Positions 24,484 through 35,271 of a stretch of 64,000 bases of DNA are shown here, in pieces. The DNA lies in the NCBI GenBank assembly GCA_040285825.1, contig JAUPSS010000007.1, positions 892,501-956,500 on the forward strand, given 5' to 3'. Position numbers and translations under genes: made by a program. Position 1 is the stretch's first letter, and the number at the start of each line of letters is the position of its first letter. The notes under the pieces were generated by a model, which saw nothing but the letters and a program-made list of their open reading frames with translations, had not been told where the DNA came from and did not search any database. This DNA is from Eukaryota sp. TZLM1-RC (taxonomy: Eukaryota > Protista > Metamonada: BaSk clade).

Positions 24484-25790
24484 GGGATAAATTCATTTTC
24501 CACATTTTTCTTCAAAATGGAGCAAAATCCACACACTTTCATCAAAAGATTTCACAATCCACACAGAAACTCCAAAAACATCAATATCCACACAATCTTG
24601 TTTATTAGCTATTCTTTATCTTTGTTGGGACATCCTCTTGCGTTATGTCCTTCGACACCACATACTTTACATGTGTACTTGCGTCGTTGTTTGGGCGCTG
24701 GTTCAACTGCATCAGTAAACTTCTCACTACGGCTGTTGGGTCCTCTTGGTTCATTACTTCTCCTCTTCCTAACGACTCCTGGTCTTCCTGCTCGCGGTGT
24801 AGGAATTGGAGGTTGAGTTAGTATATTAAAAAACTATATTAAGACTTGAAAAAAGCTCCACATGAGCATTCGTTGGAATCCACATTGACAGTAAATACAA
24901 TGCCGTTCTCTCTCACTTCAAATTCAGCTTGGTCCAATTCCACAGCTTTTTAAATCTCGAGATTGTAACAGTCTCTGTTCCAAAAATATCATTTGCTCTG
25001 CAGACAATAGTTGATGATAAGTTTCGTGCTTCTTTTCTTCTCGTAATAAACCATCTCGCCAACATTGACCTAATCGATTCAAACATATGTACAATTGGAA
25101 GCTGACGAGCTTCTGCAATGCACGCATTTACACATTCAACTATGTTGCTGGTAACATGACCACATCTGTTCCCTGGAAATTGATATTCAACCCAATGGTG
25201 TGGTTCAGCCGTATTACGGATGTAGTTTGCAGCAACTGGACTCACTAACGTCATTTCACGCAACAATTTCTCGTATTCAACTTTGGAACCGCATTTGGCC
25301 AATCGGAATATGAACGGTCGGGCCTTTTTAGAACCTTTACCGTTGGCATTATCGGCAAGATGCTTTACACAAAATGCATGAGCAGAGGTTTGCAACGTTT
25401 CCCCAACAGCCTTGATAAGTCGTTTTTGTCGATCAGATATGACAGTAATACCAGTCAAATCAAAAACCTTCTTTAGCTCTTCTATAAACCATTTCCAAGA
25501 ATCATAATGTTCATTTTCAACTACTCCGAAAGCAAGAGGAAATGTATGTCCAGCTGCATCTACTGTTGTGGTGAAGTGCAAGTTGATGTAAGAAGGTCTG
25601 TAAGTCCAATCTCGACTCAAATGTCTTATGTTCTGTTGCCACCAATGTTGCATCGTTCCTAAGACGTTTAAGATCAATGTTCATAGGAAATGTGGATTGT
25701 GTTGTGAATCTATGAAAGTGTGTGGATTTTGTTTTGCAAGTGTGGATTTTGTTCTATCTTTGAAAAACGTGTGGATTTTGGAGTTTTCCC
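24484..25790 (-). mobile_element. Internally deleted Mutator-like (MULE) DNA transposon
   Basis: 9-bp TSD aataattta (24475-24483, 25791-25799); imperfect GGG-starting TIRs with repeated aatccacac; transposase motifs FPLAFGVVENE..SW.WF, ISDRQK, CVKHL, TSNIVECVN; C-terminal CKVCGVEGHNARGC knuckle (~24630-24675). Confidence 0.92.
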
Positions 25791-25819
25791 AATAATTTAT
25801 TATTATTGTTGAATTGACA

Positions 25820-26599
25820 ATGTCGAGGTCTATTGCACAACTTCGACAGCAATTTGAATGCAATCCCCCTGATGACTATGATATTACCTTTGATGAACCT
25901 AGAGTTTGGGTTGTTTCATTTCAATCTCCTCCCCTGTTTGGAAACCACATAATTAAAGCAAAGCTCTCCTTGCTCGGTTTGTTTCCCCTAGTTGCTCCAG
26001 AGCTCAGAGTTGTACGGCATCCGGAAAACAAGTCTATTGATGATCGTAACCTGCTTTTTCAAATCTTATGGCCCGATCGATGGAATAGCTGTATGAAATT
26101 GTCAGATATTCTAGACAGAATTGCACTGTCCTTTAAGCTTGGTATTCTTCCCGAGTTTTTCAATGTATATACCCGCATCAAGAATTTCGTTTCGACCGAT
26201 AACTCAAAGAAGTGGGATTGTGGTCTCAGCGCCACTTATTCCAACAGAATGGATATTAAGTTCTATCCCTCTTTAACCTCTCCATATGCTGGTGCAATTC
26301 TTGAGGCAGAACTGGAACTTCCAACGAGTTTTCCTCAGTACAGACCGTATCTTGTGTTTAAAACAAAGATAATAAATCCTTTTGTTCTTAATGATGGAGA
26401 ATTCTCTAATCGGCAAATGTTCAACCAATGGCCAGGTGAATGCTGGGATATTGTTGATGTGCTACGTTGCGTCTATGAGTATCTTGAAGAACCATGGCGT
26501 CCTGAGGAGTTTGAATATGCTAATCCTCATGTCATTGTCACAAGTAGAGAAGATTGCCACCTCAAGGCTAGACAATCAGTTCAGCACTTGACAATGTAG
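25820..26599 (+). CDS. Tandem ubiquitin-conjugating-fold (UEV-like) protein
   Basis: Two UBC-like units: FPLVAPELR..HP..IL..W and SPYAG..LPTSFP..P.LVFKTKI.NP..G; no catalytic Cys evident. Confidence 0.7.
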   Translation: MSRSIAQLRQQFECNPPDDYDITFDEPRVWVVSFQSPPLFGNHIIKAKLSLLGLFPLVAPELRVVRHPENKSIDDRNLLFQILWPDRWNSCMKLSDILDRIALSFKLGILPEFFNVYTRIKNFVSTDNSKKWDCGLSATYSNRMDIKFYPSLTSPYAGAILEAELELPTSFPQYRPYLVFKTKIINPFVLNDGEFSNRQMFNQWPGECWDIVDVLRCVYEYLEEPWRPEEFEYANPHVIVTSREDCHLKARQSVQHLTM

Positions 26600-26744
26600 A
26601 CCATTGTTTGTTACACGTCTTGGACTTGTGTTGTTTAAGTAATAATTATTGTCCTCATCATAAAAAAATTATTGCCTGTCAATATGAACTAAAACAATAC
26701 TGAAGATTTGTCAACAACAAGCCTTATTCATCGCTTATTTTTTT

Positions 26745-26990
26745 GAATAATTTTAAAAAAGTGTTACTGAATAGGTCTGGTAAAACAATGAACTCCACTT
26801 TCTGGTTAAATAGAATTGTTTTTTGCATTTTCAAATCTATTCCAACAATGATTTCAAAGGCACTTTTAGCTATTGGTGTAGAATATGAACGTAATGCTGT
26901 GAGTAGGTTCAGTAATAGTGACACTTGTTTGGAGGATATTGAATTCTAGATGGTTATTTTTTCTCAACAAATGTTCTAGTTTAAAAACAA
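26745..26990 (+). mobile_element. RLE 3' fragment, family C
   Basis: NRSGKTMNSTFWLNRIVFCIFK..CLEDIEF*; near-identical to 28721-28915 and 37200-37385. Confidence 0.85.
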
Positions 26991-28509
26991 ATATTCATCG
27001 CTGTCTTGAATTACGACAAGATATTCTAAATTCTTCAGAACTCTGCACTACAGGTGAAAGGTTTATAATTAATATTTGGAAGAGAACATTGAGATGTTTT
27101 TTTCTGCTTATTTTTTTTAAAAAATTTCAAACACTTAAAAACATAAACTTCAAATAGTAATTTGAGAAGTTCAAATTAAGCTCAATTGTTGAACAATTTC
27201 TGAAATCATTTCATTAGAAATAAATTCCAATGGAACGCTACCTTTTTTGTTCAATTATAACCACGACAAACCCACATTCCGTTAATTCTTTTCATTACCT
27301 CTAAAATGGCTAACAAACATTTTCCAGTATATTGTTTAGCAACGAAAAAATTTAGAATTGCCAATATAATTTTTGAGTAATGGGTAATACTTCTCAGAAA
27401 TACAAGGTCTCGTCATGTACTTCTTTTTTAAACAACCGAGAACTTTATCAAATTAGTATCTAGAATTAAACTAGTGTTTCATCCTGATTCATTTAAATCA
27501 AAGTCATATTTATTCATAAGTGTAATGAAACATGGATTTGAAACCATAGGTTAATCTTCCAATCCACAACGTTCGCATCTTAATTCCCAACATGTTGCCA
27601 GACAAATTTCTTTTTCTGGTCTGAAAAAATTTATAGGTTTTTTTGTAGTGTAGTGTATTGTAAGAACAAATTCGAAAACCATGTCATTTCAAAATATATT
27701 CCTGTTTTTGCAAGAACAACTAAATGAGAATTCTACTTTCCTCTAAATGACTTTTGGTAGAGATTGAAACTTCAAATCAAAACTGAGTAATCTGAAATTT
27801 GAAATTTTTATGTTTTCAACACAATTTATTCAATAAAAATTAAAACACATTTGATTTAATCAATATATAGAGATATTTTGTTTTCCGATCTCTGGTTTAA
27901 ACCAACGTAATTGAGCATTTTGAAATATAAAACTTATGTTTATTATCAAATTAAAAACTTCAATTTATTGTATACAATGCTTATTTCACAAAAATGATTT
28001 TAAATTAAAGAAAATGAATATTTATTAAATCGTATCACTACAAGGATGAATCAAAAAATTGAGTCCATACATAATTCTGGTTTTAACACTTGTTTATGTT
28101 GTTCAAAAAATGTATAAAAATTTACTCGCAAAATACAAATGTGCAATATCTATAGTTATATTTTAACAAAATATAATGCATGATGCAAGTCAGGGTGGTT
28201 GATTTATATCTGTTGTTGATTGTTTATTGAGACATAAAGATGTGAAAAAAGAAAAAGGATTGTCAGAGAAGCAACTGTTTGTTCTAAAAAATTATATAAC
28301 ACAATTGGCCTTCAACTTAATTTACCTAAATGTTTTCTACATTCGAATTCTCCAGTTTTAAAAGTTGTAGCACCGTTATTGTCTTCTGCTTTATTATCTC
28401 TTGGTCGCTTTTATGAAGAAACAAATTCCAGTCAATTCTTTTGGGCTGATTTGGGATATGAAGATCTAGAAGTTTAATTTTTGTGTTGAGTTTTTGAAAG
28501 TAATACATT

Positions 28510-29240
28510 AATAGATGTTTAAAAAAGGTCTTAGCAAAAAATCCACTTTTGCAAACATTTTACTGGGTCTTTGTGATAGTTTTGCCTCTTGTTTAATTAA
28601 TCAAGTACCTAGAATTTATGGTTTGTTTCTCAATGACCCTTGCTTTTTATTATCTATGCGTCTTCGATCTTTTATTTTTTTTAAAAAAAACTGGAATATT
28701 TATTGAGATAAAAAACCCATCTAGAATTCAATATCCTCCAAACAAGCGTCACTATTACTGAACCTACTCACAGCATGACGTTCATATTCTACACCAATAG
28801 CTAAAAGTGCCTTGGAAATCATTGTTGGAATAGACTTGAAAATGCAAAAAACAATTCTATTTAACCAGAAAGTGGAGTTCATTGTTTTACCAGACCTATT
28901 CAGTACCTTTTTTTTAAAATTATAATCTTTTATTTGGCCTGATAATCTTTCCCATGGATTAATTTGTAAATGTGGAAAGTCTGTCACTCCAACCCATTTA
29001 TTTAATTGTAATCGATTTATTACTTTTAGATCAAAAGTGCATGATGCAGTTCGTGAGCAACTTAAATGTATGTTTAAGTACTACAAGATTGAATCTTTTT
29101 TAGAACCTTTGCTTTCAAATTTGGCTGATGAAGCAGACAGAAAGTCTTCTAGTGACAGCCGTGGTAATGTGCTAGTTCCCGGACTTAATGGATCAATGAT
29201 AATTATTGATGTCAGATCTACTGATGTATCAAACAGCTGA
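28510..29240 (+). mobile_element. RLE element remnant (+) interrupted by a family C insert (-) at 28678-28924
   Basis: ..SMRLRSFI / SFIWPDN..CKCG..HLFNC..HDAVRE..EP..RG..DV is split by the insert, which is flanked by an 11-bp direct repeat atcttttattt. Confidence 0.8.
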
Positions 29241-29683
29241 AATGAAGAATTGGCACAAATCTTATAAGTTGTGTGGTAAAACGTTTTTTTGAACGTAATT
29301 GGTAGACCTATGAACATATTCACTCAAAAATGCTGTACATAATTGTTCAACAAGGCATTTATATAGCTCAGATAAGTTATGTGTATAATTGGTTACACAC
29401 TGACTGAAAAATTGGTCGCACCGGTCGCACCACCATCACAACACGTCATCATCGAGAATTAATTGATTTTGTTATAATTATTGTATTAGATAATAACCCC
29501 AAAAGACAAAAGAAACACTTGTTATAAAACCAAAGACGTTCTGTGAGCTGTTGTGTAAGTTTGTGAAGTAGATTCAAAATCATATATCTGAAATTAATTA
29601 AAGAAGAACAAATTCTTTCGGATATACAGTGTTGCTGGAATGTACTATGATAATACACTGTCGAAAAATTCAAAAATTTTACT

Positions 29684-31066
29684 TCAACAATTTTCAATTT
29701 TGGTTTCATTCCTATTAATCATATCAAAAATGCCTTCAATCATAGAATGACATTCTACCCATTCTTCATCTTCCAACATATGTGTCATCTTCTCAAAGGC
29801 TCCATTCTTTTCCAACATTATCTGGAAAATAGAAGCAGATCCACCTGTTGTTATAGACATGGACACTTCTAAGATCACTGTAATCGCCTCGAGACACCCA
29901 ACTACAAGGTCCCAGCGGGAACTATCCAGAAATCTACATAGTGCTGTTAATCCTCCCAATTTTGCCAGTTCCATCAACTGCTTCAGAGTACCATTAGTGA
30001 ACGCATTAGCAATGACAAAGAAGCATTCTACACAATCATTCTCTTTCAGAATCTTAATGACGCGAGTCGCCAGGTCATATTCGAAAAGTACATCTATCAA
30101 AGGTTCAGAAGTCTCTGCAACAATGTTAGATAGCACCCAAAGAGCCTCCTTGCGTTCCTTTGGTGTTTCTTTCATGACACACTTCTTTATGTAATGCATG
30201 AGATCGTGATTCGCTATAGACTCAGTGAACTGACTAGTGCAAGCAATTGTATTGCCAATAGTAATCAATGCAGCCTTCCTTGTTGTTGTGACATCCGAAT
30301 TCAGTAACTCTATCATTGCAAGCATCAGTTCTTCGTCAATGTATACTTCTACAACATCTTCATCCTCTGTCAAAAATGCAAATATCCAAGTGTTGTCATT
30401 GATAATTTGTGGTGTGAAATTAGTGTTGTTATAAAAAATAAACTTTGCAATTGCTATTGTTGTATCGATAATTGATTCAAAATTCATGTCGAATGGTGAA
30501 CGTACAAAATTAGACAAAAACCAAACACAATGACTGACGACACCATTCAATTTAGGGTCATTGTGTTTAACAATTTCAAATACCTTACAAACAATTCCTT
30601 CATAATCTACCTTCAACAGTTCTCTTCTGGATTTGGGCTCTCCCACTACATTGCCCAACGCTAGAAAGGCTTGTTCTAGAACCTGAGGGTCTGTGTTTTT
30701 TAATAGAGAGACAATCGTGTTGAGATAGTTGGATTTGAACAAGGGTAGAACGTCATCACCAGAAACAGACGCGAGATTTGATAACAACCATGAAGCTTCT
30801 CTTGTAAGTTGAACATCACAACAAGTATCTAGGGCAATTTCGCAAATGTTATTAACGCTTTCTGTTTGGTTAATGATGTTTATACAGTGGATGGAATATT
30901 CATCTGGTTGGCTGACTAATGAACGAATGGCACGAACAGCACGTAGCTTAACTTCAGGGTCGAGGGAGTTGACATCAGGTAACAGATGCTGAAGTTCAGA
31001 AGAGGAAGGGTCCAGAGAAGGAGTTTCTATAGAGAGTTGATCAACAGAAGTAGTTACTTGCTCCAT
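29684..31066 (-). CDS. Importin-alpha-like ARM repeat protein (no evident IBB domain)
   Basis: EASWLLSNLAS, EQAFLALGNVVGE, WFLSN, ALITIGN, RKEALWVLSNIVA ARM signatures. Confidence 0.85.
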   Translation of the reverse strand: MEQVTTSVDQLSIETPSLDPSSSELQHLLPDVNSLDPEVKLRAVRAIRSLVSQPDEYSIHCINIINQTESVNNICEIALDTCCDVQLTREASWLLSNLASVSGDDVLPLFKSNYLNTIVSLLKNTDPQVLEQAFLALGNVVGEPKSRRELLKVDYEGIVCKVFEIVKHNDPKLNGVVSHCVWFLSNFVRSPFDMNFESIIDTTIAIAKFIFYNNTNFTPQIINDNTWIFAFLTEDEDVVEVYIDEELMLAMIELLNSDVTTTRKAALITIGNTIACTSQFTESIANHDLMHYIKKCVMKETPKERKEALWVLSNIVAETSEPLIDVLFEYDLATRVIKILKENDCVECFFVIANAFTNGTLKQLMELAKLGGLTALCRFLDSSRWDLVVGCLEAITVILEVSMSITTGGSASIFQIMLEKNGAFEKMTHMLEDEEWVECHSMIEGIFDMINRNETKIENC

Positions 31067-31766
31067 AGGGATGAGGCGATTTAAATGGGATGAGTTGTGT
31101 TAGTGGAAGGAAGAAGTGGTTGCCCCATGTCATTCTCTCAGTGATAATTAAAAGTTCCAATGTCTGTGACTTCCTTCGAAAGGGGTTCTCTTTGAAACTA
31201 TTGCCACCTCATTACACGTCATTCGTATGTCTTTATTCAGGAATTGTAATACAAAATTATTGTTATGCACTTATTTTCTATTACTTGTTTTAATTTGGGA
31301 GTTGATGTTAGAGATGTAAGTTTCCAAAGGGTGGGATCGATTTTTGAGTTAGTAGAATTGATAATGTTATATTAAATGAAGAAAAATCATTGAAGAGGAG
31401 TAGTTGTGAAGAGAATTGTAATCTTTTCAGCAATTTGATAGAGAATTCCAAAGCTACTGTTGACTGAAAGGAAAAAAGCTTGGTGGAGAGAGAATGAAAC
31501 TATTAAAAAAATGGATAAAGATATTGAAGTAGTCATTTTTCAGCCGCATCGGTAATATTTCAATAGCATCGAACAAATATTTGAAGAGAAACTTTATGGT
31601 CATCTATGTTTGAGACACTAGTTCAAATTATTTAGAGAATTGAGTTAAACTAGAATCTTGATCAATGACCAATACTACCGAATTAATTTTTTAAATTCGT
31701 TGACTGTTGGCATTTTCAATCACATTTACGCCAACAACTTTACACTAAACCACATCATAAACAACA

Positions 31767-33404
31767 ATGGATGCTCTCATAGATGATGAAGTTACATTCA
31801 CTGATTTCTTACTTGATGGTCGGGTGATCGATATCTTAGCCAAGCAACAGCTTAAGCACCCTACTATCATCCAATCCAAAGCAATACCCTTAATACTGAA
31901 AGGCAAGGATGTTGTTGTTCGTGCTCCCACTGGCACGGGTAAAACTCTCGCTTACCTTCTCCCCTTGCTTCAAACTTGCATTCTATCCCCTCAGAACGAT
32001 CCCATTGCCGCGATCCTCCTCCCTACATCAGAGTTAGTCATGCAGCTTTCCTCTGTTCTCTCCCCTTTCTGTTCCGCTCTCAACCTTTTCCACTCCACCT
32101 TGACCAAGGACACCCCCTCTCCTGACGTTTCAGCTTCTCATATCATTATAGCAACTCCAGCAAAGTTAGTTAAGCTTTTGCGTGAGAGCGTAATTTCCTT
32201 TGGTAATCTGAAATTTTTAGTATTTGATGAATGTGACCTCATGCTCTCATTTGGGTTCAAAATTGATCTTGACTCTTTGAGACCTTTCGTACCTGCAACT
32301 TGCCAATCAGCCTTGCTGTCAGCCACATTTGATGACGATGTGGTTGCCGTTAAAAAGCTCTTTCTGCATTCTCCAGTTACGATTAAACTTGAAGATAGTT
32401 TGACCAATATTGATGAATCTATTGTTACTTTAAGTGACGAAGATAGATATCTTTGTCTTTTTTGCCTAATTAAATTGCTTTTCTTCAAGGGTAGGGTTTT
32501 GGTATTTGTGAAAGATATTGAGGCAGCTTACAAAATCAAAATGTTGCTGGAGAGGTTTGATGTTGCCAGTATTTCAGTTGTCCACTCTGAGTTACCAATC
32601 AATTCTAGAATTCAAGCGATTTCACGGTTTAATTCAGGAAACCAATCAATTCTGATTGCAACCGATGACGTTGATGATTATGGTGATTATGGAATGTCGA
32701 GAGGTGTTGATTTTGACTGTGTACGTCATGTAGTCAATTTTGATTTCCCTTCTGATTATGATGTCTATACCCATAGAAAAGGAAGAACCGGACGTGCCGG
32801 GAAGTCTGGCTCAGTATTGACCTTCATCACGTCATCCAGTCAATCAGAATTGATTGATTCTTGGTTTCCCGCTGATTCCAAACCAAAAGTCTTTGATTTT
32901 CCCAATGAATTTGAATCATTTAGGTACAGAGTTTCTGATGTCTTGAGCTCCATTACGAAAAGAGCAATTACCACATACAGAGCAAAAGAATTAAAACGAG
33001 CACTATTAGAATCTGAAAAACTTCAATCTAGATTAAATGATAATCCATTGGAGAAGAAAATATTAAAAAAGAATTTAAACACAAAACCAAAAAATCAGGA
33101 AATCAATCATTTACCGGAGTATCTACAAGTAACCCCAGCACCACTGGCAATGGCCCAGAAGGACGAAAATCGGAAGCAACTGAGTGATAAGGTCAAGAAT
33201 AATCTAGCAGTTGCTTATCATCAGAATCGGAAACGGTTTAAAACCCTTGATCCTTTGCTTAGTTTTAGTGTTTCTAAAAATAGTAACAAACCTGAGATTG
33301 GAATTGTTGAAGATCGATCAAAAAAGATTACTGCCCGGGAGCGATATCGTAAGCAACGAATAGATAAGAGAAAGAGTTTAAGAAATAAGCGTCCTAGGTT
33401 GTAG
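31767..33404 (+). CDS. DBP9: DEAD-box RNA helicase DBP9/DDX56
   Basis: APTGTGKT, DECD, SAT, YGMSRGVDF, HRKGRTGRAG, FRYRVSDVL..ELK..LLESEKL. Confidence 0.88.
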   Translation: MDALIDDEVTFTDFLLDGRVIDILAKQQLKHPTIIQSKAIPLILKGKDVVVRAPTGTGKTLAYLLPLLQTCILSPQNDPIAAILLPTSELVMQLSSVLSPFCSALNLFHSTLTKDTPSPDVSASHIIIATPAKLVKLLRESVISFGNLKFLVFDECDLMLSFGFKIDLDSLRPFVPATCQSALLSATFDDDVVAVKKLFLHSPVTIKLEDSLTNIDESIVTLSDEDRYLCLFCLIKLLFFKGRVLVFVKDIEAAYKIKMLLERFDVASISVVHSELPINSRIQAISRFNSGNQSILIATDDVDDYGDYGMSRGVDFDCVRHVVNFDFPSDYDVYTHRKGRTGRAGKSGSVLTFITSSSQSELIDSWFPADSKPKVFDFPNEFESFRYRVSDVLSSITKRAITTYRAKELKRALLESEKLQSRLNDNPLEKKILKKNLNTKPKNQEINHLPEYLQVTPAPLAMAQKDENRKQLSDKVKNNLAVAYHQNRKRFKTLDPLLSFSVSKNSNKPEIGIVEDRSKKITARERYRKQRIDKRKSLRNKRPRL

Positions 33405-34099
33405 TTTTTGTTAAATTAGTCTTTGAATAGTTTTTATTTTTTAAATACATTTTCGATATTTATTTTTACTAAAGAGACAACCTCAATATACAACTAAATA
33501 GACAAAAATGACTAATTATACAAAATTCAAACACGACAATTGAATGTACAGATCAACATTCATCTTATCGATTCTCTTCAGCATTTTTCGATATTTATTT
33601 CTATTAAATTGGAAAAGAAAATTTGCTATGTTTTTAGGCAATTGTTAAATAAAATGTAAACGAGAATTGTTGCAAGTTCTCTTCGCAATTCATCTCAAAA
33701 TTATTTCAGTAATTATTGAGAATTAATTATTAATTATTAATTATAATTAATTGTTTAAGTTCTGTTAATAAATGATTATCTACTAATGATTATTTAAAAA
33801 AATTAAGCAGTATCAAAACTTATGATGTTCGCGATAGTGTGTTGTAGAGGTTCTGAAATTAATATACATATTGGTGTTTGAATATCGTTTTGGCAGAACA
33901 GAATTGTGTTTCCAATTTTTTAAAGGTGTTGAATCGTTTGTTGTGATGTGCTGCTTCGTTTGCGTTTCAAAATATATTTGGAAAAACACAGTTTTTTGAA
34001 ATAATAACTTAACAATTTGTTTAAAAAACTATTCGGTTCACTTGCTCCAACGTAAAAAAACCAACAAAAATTTAATCAACAGATTGTTTTGGCAATTTT

Positions 34100-35030
34100 T
34101 TTAATTTAATTTTATTCAAAACCTATAAATCAACATCTGAAAAATCCATCTCTCCCAGAACAAAAACACCAGATGCAACTCTCCCATAGTGAGATCCAAG
34201 AGAAAGCAAAGCATCAGAAACCATCTTCAACATCCCCTTAAAAATAGAAAACACAATTCTATTTTGCCAAAACAATCTGTTGAAATTTCTGCCAGTTTTT
34301 CTCTTTACAATCATTTCAAAATCATCCAAAAAACGTAAAGCAGTTGGTGCAAGTGAACCAAAAAGGGAAAATACAAATGGATACAAATTGTATTTTGCAT
34401 GCTGCCGACTGGCCAATTTGGACAAAGGTTCATTGTATTTTTTGAATTTAAAATTTTCAGCATTTGAAAGGGGATTATGAATTTCAGAATTAACAAGCCT
34501 TTCATTTGAGACATAACAAGGATCAACAGACATTACATCCAATAAAATGAAGCTTCCATCTAATCCAGGTAATATGACATCACCTCTATTATTCTTATGA
34601 AAATCATTTTCAGCATCAAACAGATTTGACAACAGAGGTTCCAAGAAGGATTCAATTCAAATGAGATTTACACATACAATATAACTGGTCTCTTAAAGCA
34701 TCATGAACCTTGCTTCTAAAAGTAATAAAATGTTTACAATTTATTTATTTTTTGGCAAAATAGAATTGTTTTTTCTATTTCTAAGGGGATGTTGAACATG
34801 GTTTTTGATGCTTTGCATTCTCTTGAATCTCACTATGAGAGAGTTGCATCTAGTTGTTTTGTTTTGGGAGAGATGGATTATTTAGATGTTGATGTCCCAG
34901 TATTTTGTTAAATAAATATAAAATAAAAAAGTTTTCGAGTTATTTATTGAACTTGCACACTTGTCAAAATAAACTCATAACTAATTAGACGAAATTCATT
35001 TAACCAACCATTCCTCTACAGAATCTTGAT
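34100..35030. mobile_element. Cluster of RLE fragments: family A (-) ~34100-34742, family A (+) ~34748-34930, family B (-) ~34940-35030
   Basis: ORF 34123..34644 is an intact family A RLE C-terminus; neighbouring pieces match the family A and B 3' ends. Confidence 0.85.
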
Positions 35031-35271
35031 CTATTAGAAATGGTGAAATATCTATATGTTTCAAATGTTAAAGCTTTACTCAGGAAAGGTCTGCCTGTTT
35101 TAGTGTAAAAATTGACATCAATCTTCAGAGGAGATTACTATGTGGAAGATTCAGTAGACTAGATAGATAGTTATGAATGCGGTGGAGTTGTGATTTAAAA
35201 ATTAAACATCAAAGCCACCTATTATTGACCACAGAAAAATCCTTCATTGAATCTCTCCTTGTACTTAACTA

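Noticed and set aside
28678-29240. Twin-priming 5' inversion of one retroelement
   Set aside because: The plus-strand frame continues on both sides of the minus-strand piece with an 11-bp TSD, so it is a nested insertion
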